Notes under the pieces: model-generated | What the model was told of the DNA's origin: nothing | Database searches by the model: none | What the model saw: the letters and a program-made list of their open reading frames with translations, nothing else | Shown here: piece after piece, positions 26,388 to 38,500 of the stretch | Layout of the letters: the number at the start of each line of letters is the position of its first letter | Position numbering within the stretch: position 1 is the first letter of the stretch | Program-made: the position numbers and the translations under genes | Assembly: GCF_902459465.1 (NCBI RefSeq) | Contig: NC_047063.1 | Span: 16,988,001-17,052,000, forward strand | Direction of reading: 5' to 3' | DNA: 64,000 nt | From: Asterias rubens | Lineage: Eukaryota

Positions 26388-26773
26388 TTAAAGACAGTGG
26401 ACACTATTGGTAATTGTCAAAGACCAGTCTTCTCACTTGCTGTATCTAAACATATGCATGAAATAACAAACCTGTGAACATTTGAGCTCAATCAGTCATC
26501 GAAGTTGCAAGATAATAATGAAAGAAAAAACACCCTTGTCGTACGAAGTTGTGTGCTTTCTGATGCTTGATTTCGAGACCTCAAATTCTAAATCTGAGGT
26601 CTTGAAATCAAATTCGTGGAAAATTACTTCTGTCTCGCAAACTACGATACTTCAGAGGAAGCCGTTTCTCACAATGTTTTATACTATCAACCTCTACCCA
26701 TTGCTTGTAACCAAGTAAGGTTTTATGCTAATAATTATTTTGAGTATTTACCAATAGTGTCCACTGCCCTTAA
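26388..26773. mobile_element. MITE family A, full-length copy
   Basis: ttaaagacagtggacactattggtaatt ... taattaccaatagtgtccactgcccttaa-type termini. Confidence 0.85.
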
Positions 26774-28654
26774 ATTTATTTTAATGAGGACGAAATTTTA
26801 TTAAAACCCATACGGACTGAAAATTGAAAATATATTGTAACATCAACGCACACCACCGATCTTGGTTCTGATAAACTGTTTAGCGCATGTTCTTAACATT
26901 GACTGATCTTGCCTGTAATTGTTAAGAAGTTGCAAATTACATTTGTAAAACTATTGTTTTAATTCTTTTATCAGAAAGAAAATTTTATTTAAACCAGTCT
27001 AACTGAAATTGCAAATAAATCATGCAGTTTCATCAATGCATACCACCGATATAACGGTTCACATGGACTTTGAGGTAATCTTGAAAAACATTGACTGATC
27101 TTGCCTGTAATTGTTTAGAAATTGCAAATGAAAATTTTCACATGACAGTATTAATGTTAATAAAAAGGACATTTTAATAGAAGCTGGTTGAGCTAAATAT
27201 GCAAATGTATTATCTGCATACAATCCATACCACTGATTTAATCCACACAAGCTTAAAGTTAAAACTGTTAATAAATAATTGTTAAGTGTTCTAATCGCAA
27301 AATCAGGCAGAACCATGGACAGTTGGTCAAACATAGAATTTGTAGTAGATCCACAAAGAAATGTAAAATATGTTTGCAGTGTTGTTTGTTTTATTGTAAT
27401 TGCACATTCCATTGTTTAGTTTTTACAATTTTACGATCAAAAAATGTATTTGGTTAAATTTTCTATTAATATAAAGAAAAACAATTTAAGTAATTTCTAG
27501 CTTGTTCAGCTTGTTAAACTCGGTGCTTTCCTGCGGGAAGTCCGGGCGAATCCCAGGTTTCTCAGGTGAGATTCGAACCCACGATTCTAGAAAGAAATGG
27601 TCTACGTTGCTTTTGTTGTTTGTTCATCATGTGTCTTTAAAACAATTGTGTACCTTGGGTCTGTGGTAGGTGTATCGTGTGCTAGAGTATAGTGTTGCAG
27701 GTTATGTGTTATACTTGTAATAACCAGAAACAAAGCTAGGTTTATATAACGAATATTTATTACACAGATATTTTGATGACCTAAATTTAAATGATTACAA
27801 CTTTCCATTAACTTGTAAAGAAAATGATGACAATCAACCTATTTTTGTGTTTTTTAATGCAAAATCAATGTTTGATTGCATAAGGATTCTTACGAGAAAC
27901 ACTACACCAGGCAATTTTGTCTCTAAAAACGTTTACGATGCGGTTACACGTAATGATAATCTCTTAACGAGTTGGGGTGGTGCTGAAAAGAACCGTTGGT
28001 TTCAACTCGACGTTTCGATCAGGATGCTCTGATCGTCTTCTGGAGAAAGCATTGCACACCTTATATGTCCATCATGCAATGTTTCAAATCTTACAGACTA
28101 TAGTCTTAGAATGACAACACATTTCTGATCCTAAATCCGAATGGATTCTTGCCATCAGATACATTATGGAGTGTTCATGTCGATCTTGTAAGAAAACAAT
28201 TTTGTTTTGAATACTCTTTTCAAAAAACAATGATTCAAACTAAAAGATTTCAAATTATTTATCTCAGTTTTCCTTTTTGCCCCGTAAGTCTGTTTTTATT
28301 TGCACAGACACAAGTTTTTGATCACTATACTTATAGCTTTATGCAATAACTGTACTATTTAGTGTACTAATATATAAAATCTAACTGTCTTAAATTGTAT
28401 ATAAATTGACACCTGGTGCCATTTTCAATACTCTTTTGTACTGAATTTGAACAAGCATACTCTTTAATAGTGACTTTAATAGTGTTTGCTATTTTTTCAC
28501 AATCTTTTTATGTCAAAAAAATAAACCTGTCTGCTTCTACAACAGAACTACCTGGAAGTGTCCTTTTGTCTCGATTTGTATTTTTGTGTGTGAAGTTCAG
28601 GTCAAATGTAATCGTCTTGCTTATGACCCCCCCCCCCCCTTTAGTTTTTAATAA

Positions 28655-29230
28655 GGGAATCAATGTGTTGTGAAGAGGTCTCAACTAGTGGTTTAAACCC
28701 AAGGACGCCTGGTTCTTGATAATTTTACCGAGACGAAGTCGAGGTAATTTATCAAGAACCAGGCCTCGGCGGCGGGTTTAAACCACTAGTTGAAAACCGA
28801 TTCAACACACTTTGATTCCCATTCATAAATACCTTTTCGGTCAAAAACATCATAACTTTTGGGTCAAAAAGTAAAATAAATGCAAACATTTTGATTGTTC
28901 AATGTTTTCTTTCAACACAACACCACTCCAGCTATGAAATAGTAAGGCCCTCGGCCTGATCGGGTAAACAACTCCTTAAAAGGGAATGCTGTGCGCGTCG
29001 CGCGTATCGCGTGATGTGGCACAACTGTCCTGACCGTTGCTCTCGACCAATAGGAAAGAAGAAACTGTCTTATAAGCACAGGTGCAACCTCGCGTGTCAC
29101 GCCCATGTTTCAACACTTTTTACTGGTCATAAACAAAGGTTTATACACACCCACGTGACGCGCACTCCACCAATAGGAATGGCGAAAACTGAGGTATTTA
29201 TGAATTTATTTTATACTTTTTGTTTTGCCC
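28655..29230. mobile_element. Non-autonomous hairpin element related in layout to 60340-60810
   Basis: Palindrome tcaactagtggtttaaacc...ggtttaaaccactagttga (~28680-28793) centred on CCGAGACGAAGTCGAGG; CACGTGACGCGCACTCCACCAATAG motif near the other end. Confidence 0.55.
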
Positions 29231-32200
29231 CTCCACAAGAAAAAAACATAATAAATCAAAAGTAAAGGTTTTTTTTGCCATTGTGTATTTCCCCGCTTGC
29301 CCCCAGGCGAAAATGTTTGGGTAGACAACAGCCCTAATTAAACAACAACAATTCAAAATCCATCCTGTTATTATATGTTTTACCTCTGACTTTACCTACC
29401 CCTCCTGATTGTTTGGTACGGTCCGCCCCTCGCATCCTCAACACCCCCTGGCAGGGCGTGCATCAGTCCATCTCTTCTTAACCGCACACCCAGGCCATGT
29501 GAGCCAAATTCAAATGAACATGTGCACACAGTCTGCTGGTGCTCCGTATAAAGTAATGGAGCAATAGTGATGTATTGCTAGTATTTTGGTGAAGGGCTCT
29601 ATGTGCTGGTGTATTTTGACCTGGGTGTGACCATGGAGGTAGACAGAAGAAAACCTTGCTGCTGTAACCAAAAGCATGGGTAAGTTGCAGATCATAAACA
29701 TAATACTTAAGATGTAGGGTCATACTTTGCTAATGTCCACGAAATTGTGTAATGTCTATCCGAAAGCTAACTTGAAATGATACGGTAATGAAGGGTCCAA
29801 GCCCATGCTCGACTCCTCCGTTGCATCATGGAGGTAGAAATAATATATCTATTTCTACCTCCATGGTTGCATTACCCTACTGAGCATCCCATAAAGTTAT
29901 AAAAAATATTTGAATCTGGAACAAAATATTATTAATGCAAGATCGTTTCGCAGCTTTCTGAGGGTCCATTCGCTAATGCTGCGGCCACGTATGCGGTTGA
30001 TACGGGATTCGACGTTCGTGTGAAAATACTTTGGACATTTTGTTGCAGATTTCACAAAGTAGACACTGTCATTGTACTCGGCTGAAATTTTCACAGTGAA
30101 AAAAATCATCGGCATCGTTCACATTAAACGATCTCAATGACCCTGGAAATATGGCAGTTCATAAATTGTGTTCATCAAGTCATACAAACAGTTTATTTTT
30201 AGCATTTACAATTTAAAAATATTGCATTTCTTGAAAACTCCAGGATCACTGAATGAATGCTAAGCGTACTGATTTTTTATTGAAGAGGTTTAGTTGTCAA
30301 ACTTCAACTGTCCGTATGCGATTTGTCGGGATTTTGTTTGCATGTCTTCTTTCTTCTTCAAACTTTCTTCAAACTACATAGGGCATATTGTGACACGAAA
30401 ATACCATACCCGACAAAACTTTCATAGGATTTGTTGAAATATATTTTCTTAGAAAGATTACCCAACTATATCCACAGATGACCAGCTACTTTGAAATAAT
30501 ACAAAGTATTTTTGTACGGTGGTCTGGACAGTGCTACACGTTGAACGCCATTATAGTTGCTTGTGTTCCGTTCGCGTGATGGTCACGTCCCTCTCCAATG
30601 TGAATAGTCAAACATTTTGCATAAATTCCACATCCGACCCGCCCCTTCTCAGCAGAGTAAATGCAGTCTTTGCAAAGGAATTTGGAGATTAACCTATTTC
30701 TAAACGGGTAAATTTCTCCCTGTTCAATCACTGGTCAGTTAGCAGCTGTATGGCTTGTGACTGCCCCCACCCCCCCCCCCCCCCCCCCCCCCCCGCACAA
30801 AGCAAAGATATTCTGTCACACAACAGGTAGACTGCCAACATTATGGCTGCATGTTTTCAGCTGTTTATTAATCTGTAAGTCGCAGGTTCCAGTCCTGCTG
30901 CAGCCAATTTTTTTGTTAAACCCCAAATTGTTTAAAATGTACCAAGTCAGTTCCCCTTGTACTTGAGATTACGATTAGCCTCAAACTTTGGAGTTTCATT
31001 ACTAAATGTACACCCGAAAAACACACACGCAACATGTTTTTTCTTGCATTTCTGGTTGTTTTACAACCATAATTGCAAGGAACAATTTTACAAGAAAAAA
31101 ACAACAAACAAAACATATTATGATTCTTCATAATCAGTTGTTTTATTATCATTTAGGCTATGATGACAACCATTTCGGTTATCAGCAAATCTTGCTGAAA
31201 CAAAAACTTGCACACAACATAGACCTATATAAAAAGCCATGTTTTAAACAGTATGCTTACAATTATACGCGTTCTCGTGTACATCTGTACATAGCAATTA
31301 GAAGAATCTTGTACAAACGATTTCATCATTATGTTTACGCCAGTTCAGTCTAGCGCCCTCTTGAGGTCGCTCTTGGTTCACTTCATGTTATGACATCTCT
31401 GTATTAGTCACCGATTATTCCTGACCGGTTGGCAGTATTAAAAGCCGTAGTTTCTCATGAAAACGAGTTCTATTTTGATCGTGTATGTTTAGACATCCAA
31501 CTACTACTCCTTTAGTGGCGTGGTGGCAGCGGTGGTATACGAACCCACGCCATCTATATTGAATTTAATCCAGGGTATTTTATTATTAGCAGCCAAGTGT
31601 CAATCAACAAGCTCCACATGAATTGCTTATCACACACCGAGTCAGGCATGAATTTTGACTCCCCCTATTTTTGTTACTGTTAAAAAAAGATCCTGCAATT
31701 CTTTGTCATTTTACCCCTTACCCACCCAACTTTGCTAAACCACTATCCTCAGAATTTTTCATAATATTTGTTATACTTAAAATTTAATATAAACTTCTAC
31801 AATTTGTTATTTTCATACACATTTCGTCACATTAAAGGCAGTGGACACTATTGGTCATTACTCAAAATAATTATTATCATAAAACTTATCTTTCACAATT
31901 ACCAATAATGTCCAGTGTCTTTAACTTAATAAAAATAACCTGCTGTTAAACAAACATTCCACCACTTACCGTTTGTCCAAGCTACAGGTTCTTGTTGTAG
32001 CTTCTACTAATTCCTGCTTTTGAAGATATGTTTGTCAACATAAAGCTATTTCACTTGCTGATCAACATAACAGCACACGTTTTACAAAAAAAGGCATTAC
32101 TCATAATTATATCAGGAAATATAGCAGCATATTTTAAAAAACAAATTAACACTCTACAAATTAATTCTACCTTGATTGGATGTCACCGTTTACAAGAAAA

Positions 32201-32309
32201 ATAATTTTATATTGTTGAGAGATTTAATTATGTTATAAGAATAGTTGAACATTCAAGCTTTAACACCTGCAGTTGTTTAACAAGTGCTGTCCCAATGGGG
32301 TGTTTGTTA

Positions 32310-32539
32310 CTACTGTCTGTGCCTAAGGCAACTTTCACAAATACAGATATCATGGACCTCAATAGACTTGATCTTTTGTACCATGCCGTCCAAAGGCTCG
32401 ACACAGCTGAAGGAATGATCTTCCATATGAGACGCTTCTACATCGCAGCCTGGAGGACAACGCATAACAGGGTTATCCAATGCACAGCCTGGCACGTGGG
32501 CAACGGGGTAAGGGATGACTGTTTCAATAGGGTTGCATC
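32310..32539 (-). CDS. C-terminal cystine-knot-like terminal exon
   Basis: GCNP...GCAL...CPPGC...SCV...IEVHDICICESC*: a C-x3-C and C-x-C ring plus terminal C..C, as in CTCK domains. Confidence 0.7.
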
Positions 32540-35500
32540 CTATGTCACACACACACACAAAAAGTGGAGGGAAATCATTATAACCAGGCATGATATTTTA
32601 CATTGAAAAGATTCAACGAATACAAAAAATCAGAACATATTAAAGTTGCGGGTTCAAACCAGCAGTTGAAATGAAAAACTTAAAAAGAAAACACATAGGC
32701 TAGGCCTTATAAATTCAGATTGAAATGTAAAATTTGATGACATCATTCACTCACATTTTGTTTTTGTAACGTGACAATACTGAATTTCTAGTTACATTCT
32801 GTAGTAATTACTATTCTGTAGTACTCACCACAGACCAAACATGGCCTCGATTGCGTCAGAGTTTGTAATCCACACCGCCTCCTTCTAATCTGAGAGCCAC
32901 GCCCGCACATTCTTTCCCCTTCAAGCTCACAGTCCAACCAGTCACCCCATTCCTCGGTGCATTCTTCTGAACTCTCATCTGCTGAAAGATGTGGTATATT
33001 TTTGATAACCGTCTCTCCAAACAAATATATTGACAAAATAGAGAGACCGCCCATAGTAGGGCTAGATTTGATAGCTAAGTTGGCAGAGCGCTGGCACATT
33101 AATAAAGAGTTCGCAGGTTCTAGTCCCACTCTAGTAAATTTGTCTTTGTTCAACCAAAGATTATGTTATAAGTGAGTAAAACTCTCCTACATTTTCAAGC
33201 AAGTTGACCATTTGAAACCATTCATTCAACTGCATCGGATGCGTACGGTGGAACACTGCTTTGGACCAACGTTGCACTCTTATCTGTGTCTGTGTGCACA
33301 GAGGCATTGCATGATGGTATGGTGCAGGGGATATTGGATTTCAGACAATGAGAAGTTTTGTTTTTTACACGAATATAATTTTAAAGCTTACTTTCTGTCT
33401 GACAGTCATTTTTGGTTGACTTTTTTTTTTAATCTTGCCTTGGTTCAGATCTACATAAAATAGGGTGGAAGTTGTCTCAGTATACTGCTCCTTTGTGGTA
33501 TATAATGCTTACTGTATTTGAATCAATAAAATCATTTCAGTATATCATTTAAAAATTTATCATCTGAAAAATTACATAAAATTGTTACTTATGCCTTACT
33601 CTCTTTTAATCAATGTAATGTAAAGCATTAATCAAGTGCCATTTTGGGCTCAATTTTAAAGAGCTACTTTAGCCGAATATTTAGCACAACAAAATTATGC
33701 TTTACCAAAATAAGGATTACCAATAAAATGTGACGTGTACAATCCGTGTCTGGTACCTTGCTTATTTTTGCTTAGCAAAATAAATTTAAGCACTCTAATT
33801 TTCTGCTTAAGCAGCTCTATGCAACGGAATCATGATGCTAATCTAACCACTACATACCTCTTGTGAATGCTTTCTCAATATGTGCTTTGCAGACGATATC
33901 CACAGATAAATCTTGCAGAAGTGAATTCCCCTCTGGGTTACGTGAAGATATAATCTACAAATAACAATAACAACTTCACAAAATAATTTAACTTCCAAGA
34001 AGTTTTTGGACAATTGAAAGCATTTTGCACAAATAATAGGTAGCCTAAAGGTCTGACGTCACACTTTCAAGGTGTGTGAATAATGCCAGATACCGGTTTA
34101 TAGAGCCTACTGGTGGCATGAACAGACGATTCATGTACATTTGACTCACTTAATTGTTCATGCATTTATGCTGTAGGCCCTAATGCTTGTATACTGTATT
34201 GGTCTTAGCACTATATAAATCCAGTTATGAGTATTATTATTGCATGTATAAGTCACTCTAATTAAACCATCTTTGGGTTTTCCTATGCTATAACACACCT
34301 AAAATGAACCTCCTTATGTCTTCTTTTCATGGGGTTCTTGGTTAGTATGGAGATTAAGTTCGCTTTCTTATCATTGCCTTCACAACCAGTAGAAATAAAT
34401 CAGCAAATAAACACTGCACTTGAAATTGTGTGCCGTGCTCAGAGAACAAAGAGAAAAACTAGCGGGTATGTTAGTGCTGCCAAATAGTGCCAGAAAGTCT
34501 CCATTAATGTGAACCGATTCTCACCTCAATTCTGACGGTATCATGCTCTGTCATTATCGGCCCAGTGTCATGAGTCTGGCATGGCTTAGGTAAGTAAAAC
34601 AAATTCTCCGCCTCCAGTACTCTGTTTAATGTGCTGATCTTCCCATGCATGAATACATTGGTAGAGTTCGGTAACGCATTGACTGTAGCCACTGAAGAAA
34701 CGTAAAAATAAAAAAAAAAGTCAAAAGGAAAATCAAATGTGCATGGCCGACTTAAGAGCACCGAACAACGAGCACCCTTATTCTAACTATGTGAGCGATA
34801 ATAACTGGTCATACAGTAGGAGGGTTGACTGTGTACTATGCATAATATGCATTCACCACCTGATATCATACAGGCTGAAAATAGTTTATTTAGCATTCGA
34901 AAACCACAGTGTGTGATATAAATGGTAACAAAGTAGAAGAGTCGACTGTACTATACTGTGTAGATGCACTCAACAATAATAATATCACACTGCAGACTGG
35001 CACAGTTGATCTATCAATTGCATATTTGCATAAGGCACAAAACCATCATCCAATTACTTGAACAGTAAAGCAATAGATACGATCTCTTGTTCATTTCTTG
35101 TAACTATAAACATTTTCTAGTGTCCATTGTACCCTAAATTGTTTTGTTTTTTATTTCTTGGCAATACTGACCCATTTGAGGTTCCATACAGACCCTACTA
35201 CATCCTTGGTAACAGCACATCTTAGTTCCAGGGCAAGCTGTATGGTAACTACACTCCTCAGTACACAGTGAATCCTCATCGTCAAGGTGGGGGCTTTTAG
35301 CTGGACATTCATCTATGAGTAAAATAAGCTCAATTAATGTCTACTACAGGGCCACAAGGTCACAAAGTAAGCAGCAAGGCCACAAAAGTGACAAGGGCGA
35401 ATTTCAGGGCAGCATAGATTCAAAACAGTCAACATTTTATGAAGACAAATCATTGCTACAAAATATTTGGAACTGTTGATATCATATTAGGTATTCTAGT

Positions 35501-38500
35501 TTAGACACAGTCCTACTTTAGATCGTATGTATTCTCGTTTAAATATTAAGCTGTAAACCACAAGGGAAACTGACTGAGTAAATAGACACAATACTTCTAT
35601 AGATCTCAGTCATTTAAGTTAACACAGTCGTACCTACATATCTCAGGTATTCTACTTTGGACACGGTCCTATTAACATATCCCAGGTGTTCTAGTTTATA
35701 CACAGACAGAAGCAACCACTTAGGGCATTGAACACTATGGTAATTACTCAAAATAATTGTTAGCTTAAGCACGTACTTGGTGAAGAGCAATCAAGAGCCG
35801 TTGACAGTATAAAACATTGTGAGAAACTGCTCCCTCTAAAAGTAACTTTTTTTGGAGAATTATTAAAGATTTCAGCTTAAGTATTTTATACTAATTTATG
35901 CATCTGAAAGCACACAAATTTGCGCAACAACGGTGTTTTTCTTTCATTATATTCATGCAACTTCGATGACCAAATTGAGTCCAATATTTAAGGGATTTGT
36001 TATTTTAGGCAAGTTGGCCACACCAAGTGAGAATACTGGTCTTTGACAATAATACCAAAGGTGTCCACTGTCTTTAAAGATCTCAAGTATTCTTTATAGT
36101 TATATAGACAAAAGTCGTGCTTACATATCTCGGGTATTCTCTGCTCTTCTAACAGCAGTTGTCCTTTGGATGCCACCAGTGACATTGTGACAAACTCATC
36201 CTCTCTGTATCTTCCCTCAATTCTCATCATATCCAGAGGAAGAAGTTGCATCTCAGAGATGCACACCTTGGTTGGCATCAGGAGAAGCGGCAACAGAGGG
36301 CGCTCACCGTTCACTACTTGAACATCCACTGTCAACCGCTTCATTGGGGGTGGTACGTCTTGGTACGAAAAAGAAAATTCAGGTAAAGCTTGAAAACCAA
36401 ATCGCAAAATTACAGAAAAAATGTTCTGCTCTCTGTTAAAGGAACACGTTGCCTTGGATCGGACGAGTTGGTCTATGAAAAGCGTTTGAAACAGTTTGTT
36501 ATGAAATGCATATGGTTAGAAAGATGTTTTAAAAGTAGAATATAATGATCCACACAAGTATCACTCAAAATTGCTCGGTTTTCCTTTTACGTCGCGAACT
36601 AACACGGTCGGCCATTTATGGGAGTCAAAGTTTTGACTCCCATAAATGGCCGACCGTGTTTGTCGACGAGGTAATACGAAAACCACGCAATTTCGAGGCA
36701 TATTTGTGTAGATCATTTTATTCTACTTTTACAACATCTTTCTAACCATATCAATTTTATAACAAACGGTTATAGGACGCTTTCAAAGACCAACTCGACC
36801 GATCCAAGGCAACGTGTTCCTTTAAGTTGGGGTGTCTTTTGTGCACTGATTACTATTTTATGGGTCTGGTCATTTTTTTTTTTAAAGAAGAAAACAAACT
36901 CGTAAACATCATTGAATTAATCTCCAGAACTATGAGATGAGAACCAAGGGGTGTATTTAGAAAGTGGTCCCCCCGTTTTCATTAAGACTTTATTGAAAAT
37001 GAGTGGATCACAAAATTGCAAATTACCTGGAAGCCCCCTCTTTAAAGTACATGTAAAGCATTTGTACCCCCGTTAAATGTTATAATGTTTTCAAACATCA
37101 CTTTAGCTGGACGCGCGCGATTAGCAACAATTGTTTTACTCCTTTCCTGATTTCCTAAAAGCATTTTAAAGAAAAAAATTCAAGCCAATTTCCCACCATG
37201 ACAATCTCAACAAAGTCATGTCGGAATATTATGTGAATTTTTTTTTGTGCAACCTTACCAAAGAAGAACACTAACCCAATCTAAATGTTTCTCTCATAGC
37301 CGTCGATGGTATCCTGTAGTCTACCTTCACCGAAGTCCGTCCTTTGAAATTCTTAAACGGAGTGAATGTAGCACTGAGCAGCGCCGCAATCACCATGTCA
37401 GCCGGACCAGCAATGCATAAATAGGTTGGTATCCTCTCATGTTGTCCAATGTGATCCATGTAGACACGTAGGCCGTCCTGGGTTGTGACGCTTACCAGAC
37501 CATGCTCGGCATAGATTTTGGCGTGAAGAATACCTAAACAGGAAATGTGCATGATTTTGTCTTCATGTAATTCCATGGGTAATTACTATATTAAAATGTA
37601 GTACACTTTAGTTCACGTGAAAGGAATCATTTTTAGAACTGCAAATTCCCAGGAAGACATTCCCAGTGAAAAAAAGTCAATGGGATTATATGGGATCCCA
37701 TTGAAAATTTGAATGGGATTAATGGGAATTCAATCGGATTGGTGTGGAAGTTCGATTGTCAGTTATTTTACTTTGACCTTAAAACACACATAATTATTTT
37801 CTGTTTGTGTATAAATTGTCTAATTTAAACTACAACGAGACGGGCACCAGACATTGCAGTCTCATTCTTACCAGATGGTGTCATACGTAACGATGAATAC
37901 GTTATACCCAGCGGAATGTTTGCTTCCCCCTGCCTGGCAATAACTGGTAGCTCAGGCGCTGCGATACTCATAGCCTGATCATGATGCATGTAGTTAATAC
38001 ACTCCGACACTGACTTATAACCCCACAGCATCATATAATCAGATAGTCTCTCCGAGTTGTCTTTATACATGCGGATCTGCCACAAAGTTCAAAACAAGTT
38101 GTGGGTTATAGTCAGGTAATTACAGAAAGGAAAATAAATGACAGCACTTTAATTATGGAATATTAGTAACAATATCTGCATAAAGTTTTGTAGCAACGAC
38201 AACTTCATCAGATTCAAGAAAAACAGCTTCCAATCTACCAAGGTTTATCAGTCCAGGGCAGTCGTAACAAAGGGTGGAAACAATGAAGTAGACATAATGT
38301 CAATCTTAGCATTACATCGTTCTTAGATAGTAGGCCTATCACAAAGTTTTACATAAACTTAACAATATTTTGCTAGAGTAGTTAGTGTTTAGTAATTGCC
38401 TTTTCTGTGCGCCTTAGACGTCTCTTGCATAGTTAAGGAGTTTTATAACTAATTTAATTTAAATGGTTTGACTAAAAACACTACCAAAAACACCTCCGAT

